From the NCBI GenBank assembly GCA_026397315.1, contig JAPLVC010000006.1:64001-128000 (forward strand): DNA of 64,000 nucleotides, given 5' to 3'. The notes below the pieces were generated by a model. The model was not told the DNA's origin. It saw only the letters and a program-made list of their open reading frames with translations, and searched no databases. How positions within the stretch are numbered: position 1 is the stretch's first letter; each line of letters begins with the position of its first letter. The position numbers and the translations under genes were made by a program. Below, in pieces: positions 12,221-22,018 of the stretch. This DNA is from Candidatus Aenigmatarchaeota archaeon. GTDB lineage: Archaea > Aenigmatarchaeota > Aenigmatarchaeia > QMZP01 > QMZT01.

Positions 12221-12253
12221 GAAGTAGGAGAACGTGAGAAAAGCAGCGAGATT
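12221..12253 (+). other. 5' arm of the 16S pre-rRNA processing stem (BHB), pairing with about 13882-13914
   Basis: GAAGTAGGAG/CTCCTACTTC; central helix TGAG/CTCA with AAA and ATG bulges; GCGAGATT/AATCTCGC. Confidence 0.8.
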
Positions 12254-12287
12254 TACAAGGAGTTTAAATAAATCCCGCCAATTTTTA

Positions 12288-13877
<1,590 letters not shown>

Positions 13878-13972
13878 ATATAATATCTCGCGCTCTCAAT
13901 GCGTCTCCTACTTCTTTACACAGTCTTCAAAATCGATTGACGTATACTTGGTATGCGTCCTTCGTTAGTATT

Positions 13973-14107
13973 GGGCCGATAGATCAGCGGTAATGCGCGG
14001 GCGCAAGCCTACGATCGCTTGAGATCGCTCGCTTTGCAAGCGAGAGGCCGTGGGTTCAAATAAAGCCTCGGCGTGATCTGGGGCGATTGGAATTCCCACT
14101 CGGTCCA
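13973..14107 (+). tRNA. tRNA-Ala(TGC) in the ITS with two non-canonical introns: D-loop 20/21 (13992-14021) and T-loop 59/60 (14061-14093)
   Basis: Spliced sequence GGGCCGA TA GATC AGCGGTA GATC G CTCGC TTTGCAA GCGAG AGGCC GTGGG TTCAAAT CCCAC TCGGTCC A; BHB helices AGCG/CGCT and TTCA/TGGA. Confidence 0.92.
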
Positions 14108-14131
14108 TAAACGGGAACGAAGCGCGAACAA

Positions 14132-14142
14132 GGTATATAAAG
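14132..14142 (+). promoter_or_regulatory. Putative internal TATA box in the 16S-23S spacer
   Basis: GGTATATAAAG preceded by purine-rich BRE-like GAACAA. Confidence 0.5.
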
Positions 14143-14547
14143 ACCCGGCAACAATATAATAGTTGCTCACGCTTACGGAAAACGCAGGTGATGTCTGCGA
14201 TTTCCAAAACAATGGCTATCCAAAGCTGTTCAGAGCTGTGCCATACGTCGTGACAGGAGAAATGGCATTGCAGTCGGAGGGTGGCGTACGCGAGTACGAT
14301 ATCTGTTTTTCTGGGCAAGCTAAGGCTAGCTACAACCAAATCACCAATATCACGGATCATGATAACCACATCACACCGAACCGATTGCGGTTGATGCAAA
14401 CCCGCTTTCGGCATATGAAGCCCTTCAGCGAACGCTGACGGGTGGATTAGAGAGGAGCGATGAATATCATACAGTCACCTGAACGGGACGCGCAAGCGAC
14501 CGTAATGACGAGGTGAACACCAATTGAGTTCCTTGATGATGAAACAT

Positions 14548-14576
14548 TGGCGAGTTGTCCTGACAAAAAGGATCTG
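14548..14576 (+). other. 5' arm of the 23S pre-rRNA processing stem (canonical BHB), pairing with about 17684-17712
   Basis: TGGCGAGTTGTCC TGAC AAA AAGGATCTG versus CAGATCTTT GTCA AAA GGACAACTCGCCA. Confidence 0.88.
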
Positions 14577-17500
14577 CTACGTTGTGTGGTGGATGGTTTG
14601 GTTCGAGGGCCGAAGAAGGACGTGGCAAGCTGCGATATGCCGGGGGTAGACGCAAGCAGTCTTTGAACTCCGGATCTCTCAATGAGACTTCTTAACTTCG
14701 GTTGTTGGCCTTCGGGTCATCGGTGACGCCCTGAATTGAAACATCTTAGTAGGGGCAGGAAAAGAGAACAATAGTTATTCCCTTAGTAGAGGCGATTGAA
14801 AAGGGAAGAGGACAAACCGAATCTCCTGGTGAAAGCCAGGAGAGATGTGGGGTTCGGACCTGTGCTCATCCTAACTTCTAAGTCCGAAGTGATCTGGAAA
14901 GATCCACGGCAAAGGGTGATAGTCCCGTAGGAGGACGGAAGAAGGTTGATAGCGGGTATCCAGAGTACCAATGGTCGAAGATCCATTGGGAATACGGGAG
15001 CCAGTAACTCCTAATCCTAAATACACCTCGAGTCCGATAGCGCACAAGTACGGTGACGGAAAAATGAAAAGTATCCTTAATCGGAGATTAAAAGAGCCTG
15101 AAACCATGCAACTATAGGTAGACATTGCTTCTGCTTTGCAGGAGTTTTGTCGCCCGTGCGGAAACACGCGTCAAGGAGTTTATTTTTGTGGCGAGGGTAA
15201 TTCAAGTACCCATAGCGAAAGCGAGAACTGCGCAGCGGCTTCGTGCCGTCAGGCAGTCAGGTTTGAAAGAGCCTACAGTCACAAGGATAAGACCTGAAGC
15301 TAGTCGATCTAGCCCTTGGTAGGGTGAAGTCTGGCGAAAGCCAGATGGAGGCCCGGTAGAGATGCTGAGATTCAAATCGCTCACGTAACCTGGGGCTAGG
15401 AGTGAAATGCTAATCGAGATTAGCGATAGCTGGTTCCTCTCGAAATATGCCTCAGCATAGCCTGGTCGGAGATGGATGGCGGGGTATAGATACTGATTGG
15501 GCAACCAAGGACCGAAAGGTCCAGTTGTCCTGTCAAACTCGGAATCTACCATCATCGCAGAAGACTGGAGTGGGAGCGCCGGGGTAAGCTCGGTGTTCGA
15601 AAGGGCGAGAACCCAGCCTAAAATTAAGGTCCCTAAATTCAAGCTAAGTGATAAAAAGCGTCTTCAACCTTATACAATAGGGAAGTTGGCTCAGAAGCAG
15701 CCACCTTTTAAAGAGTGCGTAATAGCTCACCTATCTAGGTTGTGGGCCTTGAAAATGGACGGGACTAAGCTTGGTACCGATATTTTAGATTCCTAAAAGG
15801 AATATGGTAGAGAGGTGTCCTGCTAGGGCAGAAGTTCTCTCGTAAGAGGGAATGGACCTTGCAGGAATAAGAATCTTGATGATAGTAGCAGCAATAGTGA
15901 AGTGAGACACTTCACCACCTAAAGGGCAAGGGTTCCTCAGCAACGTTCGTCGACTGAGGGTTAGTCGGTCCTAAGGCAAGCCCCAATTGGAACTTGCCGA
16001 AAGGGAAGCAGGTTAATATTCCTGCACCATGAGAATACGAGTGGCGACACAAGTTCATTTCCTGACGCTTCTGGATAAATCGATCATTTCGGTGATTAAC
16101 CGGTTAAACCTGTGGAGTACCGTAATGGTGAGAAACAGGCCAAGCCGGCAATAGCTGACGTATGTCAGTTCGGTTGACTTCAGGAGCCCGTGAAAAGGGA
16201 AATGGAATGGATTTTTCATGTCCGTACCAAGAACCGTTACTGGTGCCCCTCGCTGAGAAGGCGAAGGTGTAATAGGAAAATTCAGGTCAAGGAATTCGGC
16301 AAAATCGCCCTGTACCTTTGGTATAAGGGGTGCCTAATCTTCTGGCTCAGCCAGAACGATTAGGTCTCAGTAACTAGTGGGTTGCGACTGTTTAACAAAA
16401 ACGTAGGGGGCTGCTAGGTGGAAACGCTTTGTATAGCTCCTGAGGCCTGCCCAGTGCCGGTGTGTTAAACTGGCTAAAACCAGCCAAGCCCCGGTAAACG
16501 GCGGCGGTAACTCTGACCGTCTTAAGGTAGCGTAATCCCTTGTCGATTAATTGTCGACCTGCATGAATGGCTTAACGACATCCCAACTGTCTTGATCTGA
16601 AGCCTAGCGAACTTAGTTGTCCAGCGAATATCCTGGAGTCCTTCAGCGGGACGAGAAGACCCCATAGAGCTTTACTGCAGTCTGTTGTTGTAGTATGCTG
16701 ATGGTCGCATAGCGTAAGTGGGAGCATCGCACTCAAGTCTTCGGGTTTGAGGAAGGCGTCAATGTAACACCACTCCACCGTCAACATATTGCTTACCTTT
16801 AGGGGGACAGCAATTGATGGGCAGTTTGGCTGGGGCGGTACGCCTCTGATAAAGGATCAGAGGCGCCCTATGGTCGGCTCATTCCGGTCAGAAATCGGAA
16901 GTAGAGTGTAAGGGCAAAAGCCGGCCTGATAGGATTCTGCAAGGCAAAGAATCCTAACGCGAAAGCGTGGCCTAGCGATCCGCTGTGTCTCTATTAGCTG
17001 AGAGCCAGCTCTGTCAGAAAAGTTACCTTGGGGGTAATGGAGTCGTGGCGCGTGAGAGTCCATAACTCATTTCTCGTTCTCGATAAGTCTGAACAAAAAA
17101 CGATACATACCTTGTGTATGTTAAAGCTTTTTGTCAGGACAAGCAGAAAGCAGAATATAATCTGTTGGCTGTTGAGTCACGTGTACCTATGCCCATTCAT
17201 TGGGCTGCAAAGGTGCGTGTGATGATGAAAAATCGAGAAGTGAGAGGTCAAATCGACCGCGCTCGTTGCTTCTCCGCCGTCGGCTCGGCTCTTCCTGGAT
17301 GTGCAGCAGCGTCCAAGGGTGGAGGTGTTCACTCATTAAAGAGTCACGCTAGCTGGGTTAAATACGGTGCGAGCCAGTATGGTCTATATCTGCTGAAGGT
17401 GTTGGTTACCTGAGGGTAGAATGCAATTAGTACGAAAGGAACACTGCGTTGTGGCCTCTGGTGTATCGGTTGTGTCTGCATTGCCGAGTAGCTACGCCGC

Positions 17501-17683
17501 TGAGGATAAAGGCTGAAAGCATCTAAGCCTGAAGCCTCTCCCGAAAATAGGTAACCGTTCATCAAACTGATACGCAAGTATCGGCGCGATGAGGAAGGTC
17601 TCGTAGACGACGAGGTTGATGGAAGCGGGGTGTAAGTACCAAGCTTAGGCGAGGTATTCAGCCCACGTTCCCCAATCACCTGA
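14577..17683 (+). rRNA. rrl: 23S rRNA, interrupted by a 188-nt intron at 17064-17251; ends approximate
   Basis: GAATTGAAACATCTTAGTA, TAGCTGGTTCCTCTCGAAAT, GACTGTTTAACAAAAAC, CTTAAGGTAGCG, GCTGAAAGCATCTAAG. Confidence 0.97.
17064..17251 (+). other. BHB-type intron in 23S rRNA helix 89 loop (E. coli-equivalent U2477/A2478), no ORF
   Basis: Removal restores GAGAGTCCAT|ATCGAC; terminal stem CTCATTTCTCG/CGAGAAGTGAG; relaxed central helix GTCC/GGTC with AT^A and AA^A bulges. Confidence 0.9.
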
Positions 17684-17853
17684 CAGATCTTTGTCAAAAG
17701 GACAACTCGCCATCATGTTTCCTCTATTTTTATTAATGGAGAACAAACATAGCGCAAGCTATATCCAGGTTTTACTTGATTTTGAGTCGGTAAAACCGAT
17801 AACCAGAGAAAGCGCGACTAACCTATAAAAAACTTTGCAGCCCAATAATAATT

Positions 17854-17939
17854 GGTCCACGGTCTGGTCAAAGAGGTGCGGCATTAGCCCCCCGTGATGC
17901 AGGGTTAAAATTCGTGCCCTGATCAGAAGGCCATGGGCT
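17854..17939 (+). ncRNA. Putative small structured ncRNA (possibly a highly reduced 5S-like RNA)
   Basis: TATAAAAA box at about 17824, GC-rich island whose ends pair (GGTCCA/TGGGCT, TCTGGT/ATCAGA), internal hairpins, followed by T-rich tract. Confidence 0.5.
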
Positions 17940-18004
17940 TTGTTTCTAGCGATTTTACGTTAAAATAACCTTTTTAAATTGCGAAACACAAGGAATCTTG
18001 TTGA

Positions 18005-18330
18005 GCCGGGTGGATAGCTCGCCTTGCGCAAGCAGGGAGGTAAGTTCCATACACTCGCGCTGACACCAAAACGTGTTGGCAAAGCACGACGTTGCAAGAC
18101 GATGCCCGAGAGGGCAAGCCCGATCGCAGAAACGACCTTCGCTTCGGAGCCATGATGCCGCAAGGGAGAGCGACGAAGGAGCGGAAGGGTGAAATTGAAC
18201 CGGGCCGTGCGGGTGAAAGCGTAGGGCAAGCGTGCAGGATCGCACGAACCCGATCGCGAGTCAGAAAAATGCTATCGCCACGTTCAGGCTTAGTCGCCTG
18301 CGTGATGACAGAAAATGGGCTATGCCCGGC
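18005..18330 (+). ncRNA. rnpB: RNase P RNA
   Basis: P1 GCCGGGT/GCCCGGC; CR-I GAGGTAAGTTCCAT pairing (P4) with CR-V ACAGAAAATGGGCT; GCAGAAAC, GGGTGAAA, AATGCTATC; TTTTTAAA promoter at about 17971. Confidence 0.9.
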
Positions 18331-18369
18331 ACAACACTTTTTAAATCCAGACTGGATATATGTGATATT

Positions 18370-18531
18370 ATGAGCAAAGAAAGGACAATGATGCCGCAGT
18401 CGACGGCCGGCCTGATTCGCTATTTCGAGGATTCGGAATCCGCGATAAAACTGAAGCCGGAGCACGTCATAGGCGGCGCGGTCGCAATCATAGCGATTGA
18501 AATAGCCCTCAAGTTCCTGATAGTCGTTTAA
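18370..18531 (+). CDS. secG: Preprotein translocase subunit Sec61beta
   Basis: AGLIRYFEDSESAIKLKPEHV plus one TM; real start ATG 18370. Confidence 0.9.
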   Translation: MSKERTMMPQSTAGLIRYFEDSESAIKLKPEHVIGGAVAIIAIEIALKFLIVV

Positions 18532-18750
18532 ACCAGTTTAACAGTTTTCTCGTGCTTGCTCCTGAAAATGTTTTTATCCTGCTTTACGGCCTTGTTGCAA
18601 TATGATTTTATATGCCTTGTTTTTTGTGTGACTATCCGCCAGTTGCGCAGTGGACAGCGTCCGCTTTTATATCATCACTGTTCCCTGCCACTACTTTAAA
18701 TTTGTTTGGCCCGAAAATTATATTAGGGTTGGGAGGGGTTGTATATGGTA

Positions 18751-19398
18751 ATGCCTTTGGTTACTAAGATAAACGACAAGATAACGCTCATTCATCTTTC
18801 TGATCTGGATTCCAATATCTATCTGCTGGGGAAGGATACCGTAATCGATTCGGGCACGGGATCGAACTTCGTCAGGCTATATGACATACTAAAGAAGCTG
18901 AAGCTCGACTTCGAACTGGTAAAGAATATCGTCAATACGCACATGCACTGGGACCACATAGGCGGGAATGGATTCTTCTCGAACGCGAAGATACACATAC
19001 ACGAGAAAGACGCGCTGGTTCTCGAGAAAGGCGACGCGAACATGAGTAACGCCGCATACTTCAGCGGCAAGATGAAACCGGTCAAAGTCGCAGTTAAGCT
19101 CAAGGACGGCGACCAGATTTTCGGCTTCAAGGTCCTGCATACGCCAGGCCACACGCAGGGCTCTATATGCCTTTACGACCCGAAGGACAAGATTCTCATT
19201 TCAGGCGACACGCTGTTCGCGGACGGCGTGGGCAGGACCGATCTCGCTGGCGGCAGCGAAGACGACCTGAGCGCTTCGATAGAGAAACTCTCGTCATTAA
19301 AGATAGATAAGATACTGCCCGGACATGGGGAGCCCGTGCTTAAAGGCGGGGAAAAAGCCATAAAGAGCATAGTTTCGTCTGTAGACGAGGAAGTTTAA
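18751..19398 (+). CDS. MBL-fold metallo-hydrolase (glyoxalase II-like)
   Basis: THMHWDHIGG, HTPGHT, SGDTLF, LPGHG. Confidence 0.92.
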   Translation: MPLVTKINDKITLIHLSDLDSNIYLLGKDTVIDSGTGSNFVRLYDILKKLKLDFELVKNIVNTHMHWDHIGGNGFFSNAKIHIHEKDALVLEKGDANMSNAAYFSGKMKPVKVAVKLKDGDQIFGFKVLHTPGHTQGSICLYDPKDKILISGDTLFADGVGRTDLAGGSEDDLSASIEKLSSLKIDKILPGHGEPVLKGGEKAIKSIVSSVDEEV

Positions 19399-19435
19399 AG
19401 CCAAAAAACAGGCAGTTTGAACCGAGACGTGATGT

Positions 19436-19828
19436 TTATTTCTTCTCTTCTATGAGGACGCCGTTCACGACACCGTGCTGGCCCGGTTTCGACGTCACCC
19501 TCACAGAGCCGATTTCCGTTTTCACAATCGCGCCCTTCGTTATAACGTTCATCCTGACGTAGTGTGGGTTGGCCGGGTTCTTTTCCACGGTAATGATCTT
19601 GAGCTTCCTGATTTTTTTGGTCTTGGGATCAGCCACGTTTATCTCGTTGACTGTAAGCAGGTTGAGCTTGACGTTGCCTCCGCGCGTCCTCGTGACCTTG
19701 ACGCGCTTCTTGACGTCCAGCCTGGTCTCGATGAACTCGCTACCCCTGTCCATTTTCCTTTTCTTCCTGAGCCTCCTGATGAGTTTTCCGGTAGGCCCTC
19801 TCCTTGAACGCAAATGCCATTTCACCAT
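19436..19828 (-). CDS. rps8e: 30S ribosomal protein S8e
   Basis: RTRGGN, NPANPHYVRMNVITKGAIV, VTSKPGQHGVVNGVL. Confidence 0.95.
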   Translation of the reverse strand: MVKWHLRSRRGPTGKLIRRLRKKRKMDRGSEFIETRLDVKKRVKVTRTRGGNVKLNLLTVNEINVADPKTKKIRKLKIITVEKNPANPHYVRMNVITKGAIVKTEIGSVRVTSKPGQHGVVNGVLIEEKK

Positions 19829-19954
19829 ATGCAGCACCGATTCTATATAATTGAAGGCGTTATATTTAAATAGATAGCTGGCTTTTAATTATTATAAGTT
19901 AAGTATACACGGAACTATTTTACCCGATTTTGAATTGGGTTTTGGGAGGAGGTT

Positions 19955-20188
19955 ATGGAAATGCAACAAAGGCCACTGGACGTCCTTGGAAGCGCTGAAC
20001 ACAAGAGGATAATAATCCAGGTCAAGAACAGGGACAAAATAATAGGAATTCTTAAAGCGTTCGATTCTCACCTTAACATATGGCTTGACGACGCAGAGGT
20101 GCAGAGCGCTGACGGCGAAAGGTCGGAAAAGCTTGGAACGGTCCTAGTAAGAGGAGATAACATAGTGCTTATTTCTCCCGGAAAATAA
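19955..20188 (+). CDS. Sm-like archaeal protein (SmAP/Lsm)
   Basis: RPLDVL, GILKAFDSHLNIWL, VRGDNIVLISP; upstream of rpl37e as is typical. Confidence 0.93.
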   Translation: MEMQQRPLDVLGSAEHKRIIIQVKNRDKIIGILKAFDSHLNIWLDDAEVQSADGERSEKLGTVLVRGDNIVLISPGK

Positions 20189-20228
20189 GGCTGCAAGCTT
20201 ATAAATAAACGAACCAAAACGTGATACT

Positions 20229-20417
20229 ATGTCAAAGGGAACGCCCAGCATGGGTAAGAGGAACCAGAAGACGCACATTTTATGCAGACGTTGCGGTCGC
20301 CATGCTTACCATGCTTCAAAGAAGGTATGCGCAGCCTGCGGCTTCGGAGCCTCGAGAAAACTGAAGAAGTTCAACTGGCAATGGAAGACGGTGCAGCGCG
20401 ACAAGAGGACAGAATAA
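20229..20417 (+). CDS. rpl37e: 50S ribosomal protein L37e
   Basis: [26 protein letters not shown]...CAACGFG. Confidence 0.96.
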   Translation: MSKGTPSMGKRNQKTHILCRRCGRHAYHASKKVCAACGFGASRKLKKFNWQWKTVQRDKRTE

Positions 20418-20510
20418 GACAGCTGTTACCCATATAAATAACCTGTTATATATCATATGTTATCGACAGACGACTTGTCAGTTCATTTCAGGTTGTCTTT
20501 CGATAAAAAT

Positions 20511-20674
20511 GGGCCCGTAGCTCAATTGGCAGAGCACCAGACTCTTAGATGTTATGAGGCGCTTGCGCCCGTGACTGCGTGATATCTGGGGGTCGCGGGT
20601 TCGAGTAAGCATTTTACCCAAAAGCCAGCAGCTTACGCTTGCAGGTAAAGCTTTCGAAAACCCCGCCGGGCTCA
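20511..20674 (+). tRNA. tRNA-Lys(CTT) with two introns: 37/38 (20548-20583) and T-loop 59/60 (20606-20660)
   Basis: Spliced cloverleaf GGGCCCG...CCAGA CTCTTAA TCTGG...GCGGG TTCGAGC CCCGC CGGGCTC A; T-loop BHB TTCG/CGAA; the anticodon BHB central helix is poorly paired. Confidence 0.88.
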
Positions 20675-20719
20675 TTTACCATTTTTATGCGTTTGCGGCT
20701 GCCGCAGAAATGAGCAATC

Positions 20720-21136
20720 CTAGATTCTGAAAGAAATGAGATGCTTCACGTGTTTTACGGCTTTGGGCTGGGCGCTTATTATGTCGCTAGCGGTTATTAT
20801 CCCCACAAGCCTGCCTTTACCGTCAACCACAGGGAGCTTCTTGATTTTGTTCTCGTTCATAAGCATCGCTGCCTTGATGATGGGCCTCTTCGGGCCTATA
20901 TTTATTACATAATGAGTCATCACGGCTCTGACTTTCGTTTTCTTTAAGTCTTTAATCTCTTCTGAGGCTATCGCGACAAGTACGTCTCTTTCTGTAAGCA
21001 TGCCGACGGGCTTTCCGCCCTTCGCCACGACCACGCATCCTATGTGGTTGTCGGCCATGATCTGCATGGCTTCAAGAAAACTTGTATCTGGTTTTACGGT
21101 AATCACGTGCTTGTTCATGATTTTTTCAACCAGCAT
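20720..21136 (-). CDS. CBS domain pair protein
   Basis: VEKIMNKHVITV, GMLTERDV, IKKLPVVD, GIITASDI. Confidence 0.9.
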   Translation of the reverse strand: MLVEKIMNKHVITVKPDTSFLEAMQIMADNHIGCVVVAKGGKPVGMLTERDVLVAIASEEIKDLKKTKVRAVMTHYVINIGPKRPIIKAAMLMNENKIKKLPVVDGKGRLVGIITASDIISAQPKAVKHVKHLISFRI

Positions 21137-21207
21137 ACTACCAAAAAACTATTGTGAAAGATGCCTTTTAAATGCGGCCTGATCGAATAAAACTGAAGAA
21201 TTAAAAT

Positions 21208-21525
21208 TTATCTGAGTTCTATGTCTATCTTTACGTCTTCCGGGATGGGAAGGCGCACGATCTGGCGGAGCGCTCTTTCGTTGGAGCCGATGTCTATGAC
21301 GCGCTTGTGTATCCTCATCTCCCAGCGGTCATAAGTAGCGTTGCCATGTCCGGTGCCGTCGCCGCACGGCGTTTTCATCGTAACGACCTTGAGCGTCTTG
21401 GTGGGCATCGGTATCGGGCCGCGTATGGAGACTCCGTATTTCTCGGCGATTTCCTTTATCATGTTGCATATCTCGTCGAGCTTCTGGTAGCTCTTTCCCG
21501 CCAGCTTAATCCTTGCGTATTCCAT
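21208..21525 (-). CDS. rps10: 30S ribosomal protein S10
   Basis: RGPIPMPTK, KTPCGDG, WEMRIHKRVIDI; start uncertain. Confidence 0.95.
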   Translation of the reverse strand: MEYARIKLAGKSYQKLDEICNMIKEIAEKYGVSIRGPIPMPTKTLKVVTMKTPCGDGTGHGNATYDRWEMRIHKRVIDIGSNERALRQIVRLPIPEDVKIDIELR

Positions 21526-21557
21526 GAGCATCACGTATGTTTCCAGTCTTTTTAACC

Positions 21558-22016
21558 TTACCTCTTGGATCTCTGCTTGTATCTCCTCGGGCCCTGAGAT
21601 GATCTCGGTGGCTTGTGAGGTTCCGTCCTTCTCGGGTCGTATACCAGCAGATTCCTGTCGTAGTCCATGAGTTTTTTCTTCAGCACAGCGCCGAATATCT
21701 CGCTGAGGCCGCGCGCAAAAGCCTGGCGGACTGCATCGGATTGCCCGGTAGCACCGCCGCCCTTCGCAATCGCTACAAAATCATAAGTCTTCCAGTCCTC
21801 GCTTTCCATTACTATGAACGGCTCCTGGATGCGCATGCGCAGGATGTCGTTTTTCATGTTCTCAAGCGGCTGGCCGTTGACGCTGATTTTGCCGGAGCCC
21901 GGCTTTATCGTCGCATTTGCAACAGCCTTCCTGCGCTTTCCTATAGTGAATATGATGCCAGTACTCTTCTTTGCGGCTTCCTTCTGATTCGCTTGCGCGT
22001 CTTTCTTTTTCGTCAT
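21558..22016 (-). CDS. rps9: 30S ribosomal protein S9
   Basis: GKRRKAVA, GGGATGQSDAVR, DPRRTEPHKP...QRSKR. Confidence 0.95.
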   Translation of the reverse strand: MTKKKDAQANQKEAAKKSTGIIFTIGKRRKAVANATIKPGSGKISVNGQPLENMKNDILRMRIQEPFIVMESEDWKTYDFVAIAKGGGATGQSDAVRQAFARGLSEIFGAVLKKKLMDYDRNLLVYDPRRTEPHKPPRSSQGPRRYKQRSKR

Positions 22017-22018
22017 GT

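Noticed and set aside
14370-14412. CCGAAC in the ITS as 5S rRNA loop C
   Set aside because: The flanking sequence does not form 5S helices II and III.
17064-17251. Hammerhead ribozyme in the 23S intron (CTGA and GATGAAA words)
   Set aside because: The core elements are not in the required CUGANGA-stem-GAAA-stem-UH order.
17114-17413. ORF starting inside the 23S intron as a possible homing endonuclease
   Set aside because: No LAGLIDADG, HNH or GIY-YIG motif; it runs on into conserved rRNA, and the intron is too short.
17955-18465. ORFs over 18005-18330 and the long N-terminal extension of the Sec61beta ORF
   Set aside because: The region is RNase P RNA; Sec61beta starts at 18370.
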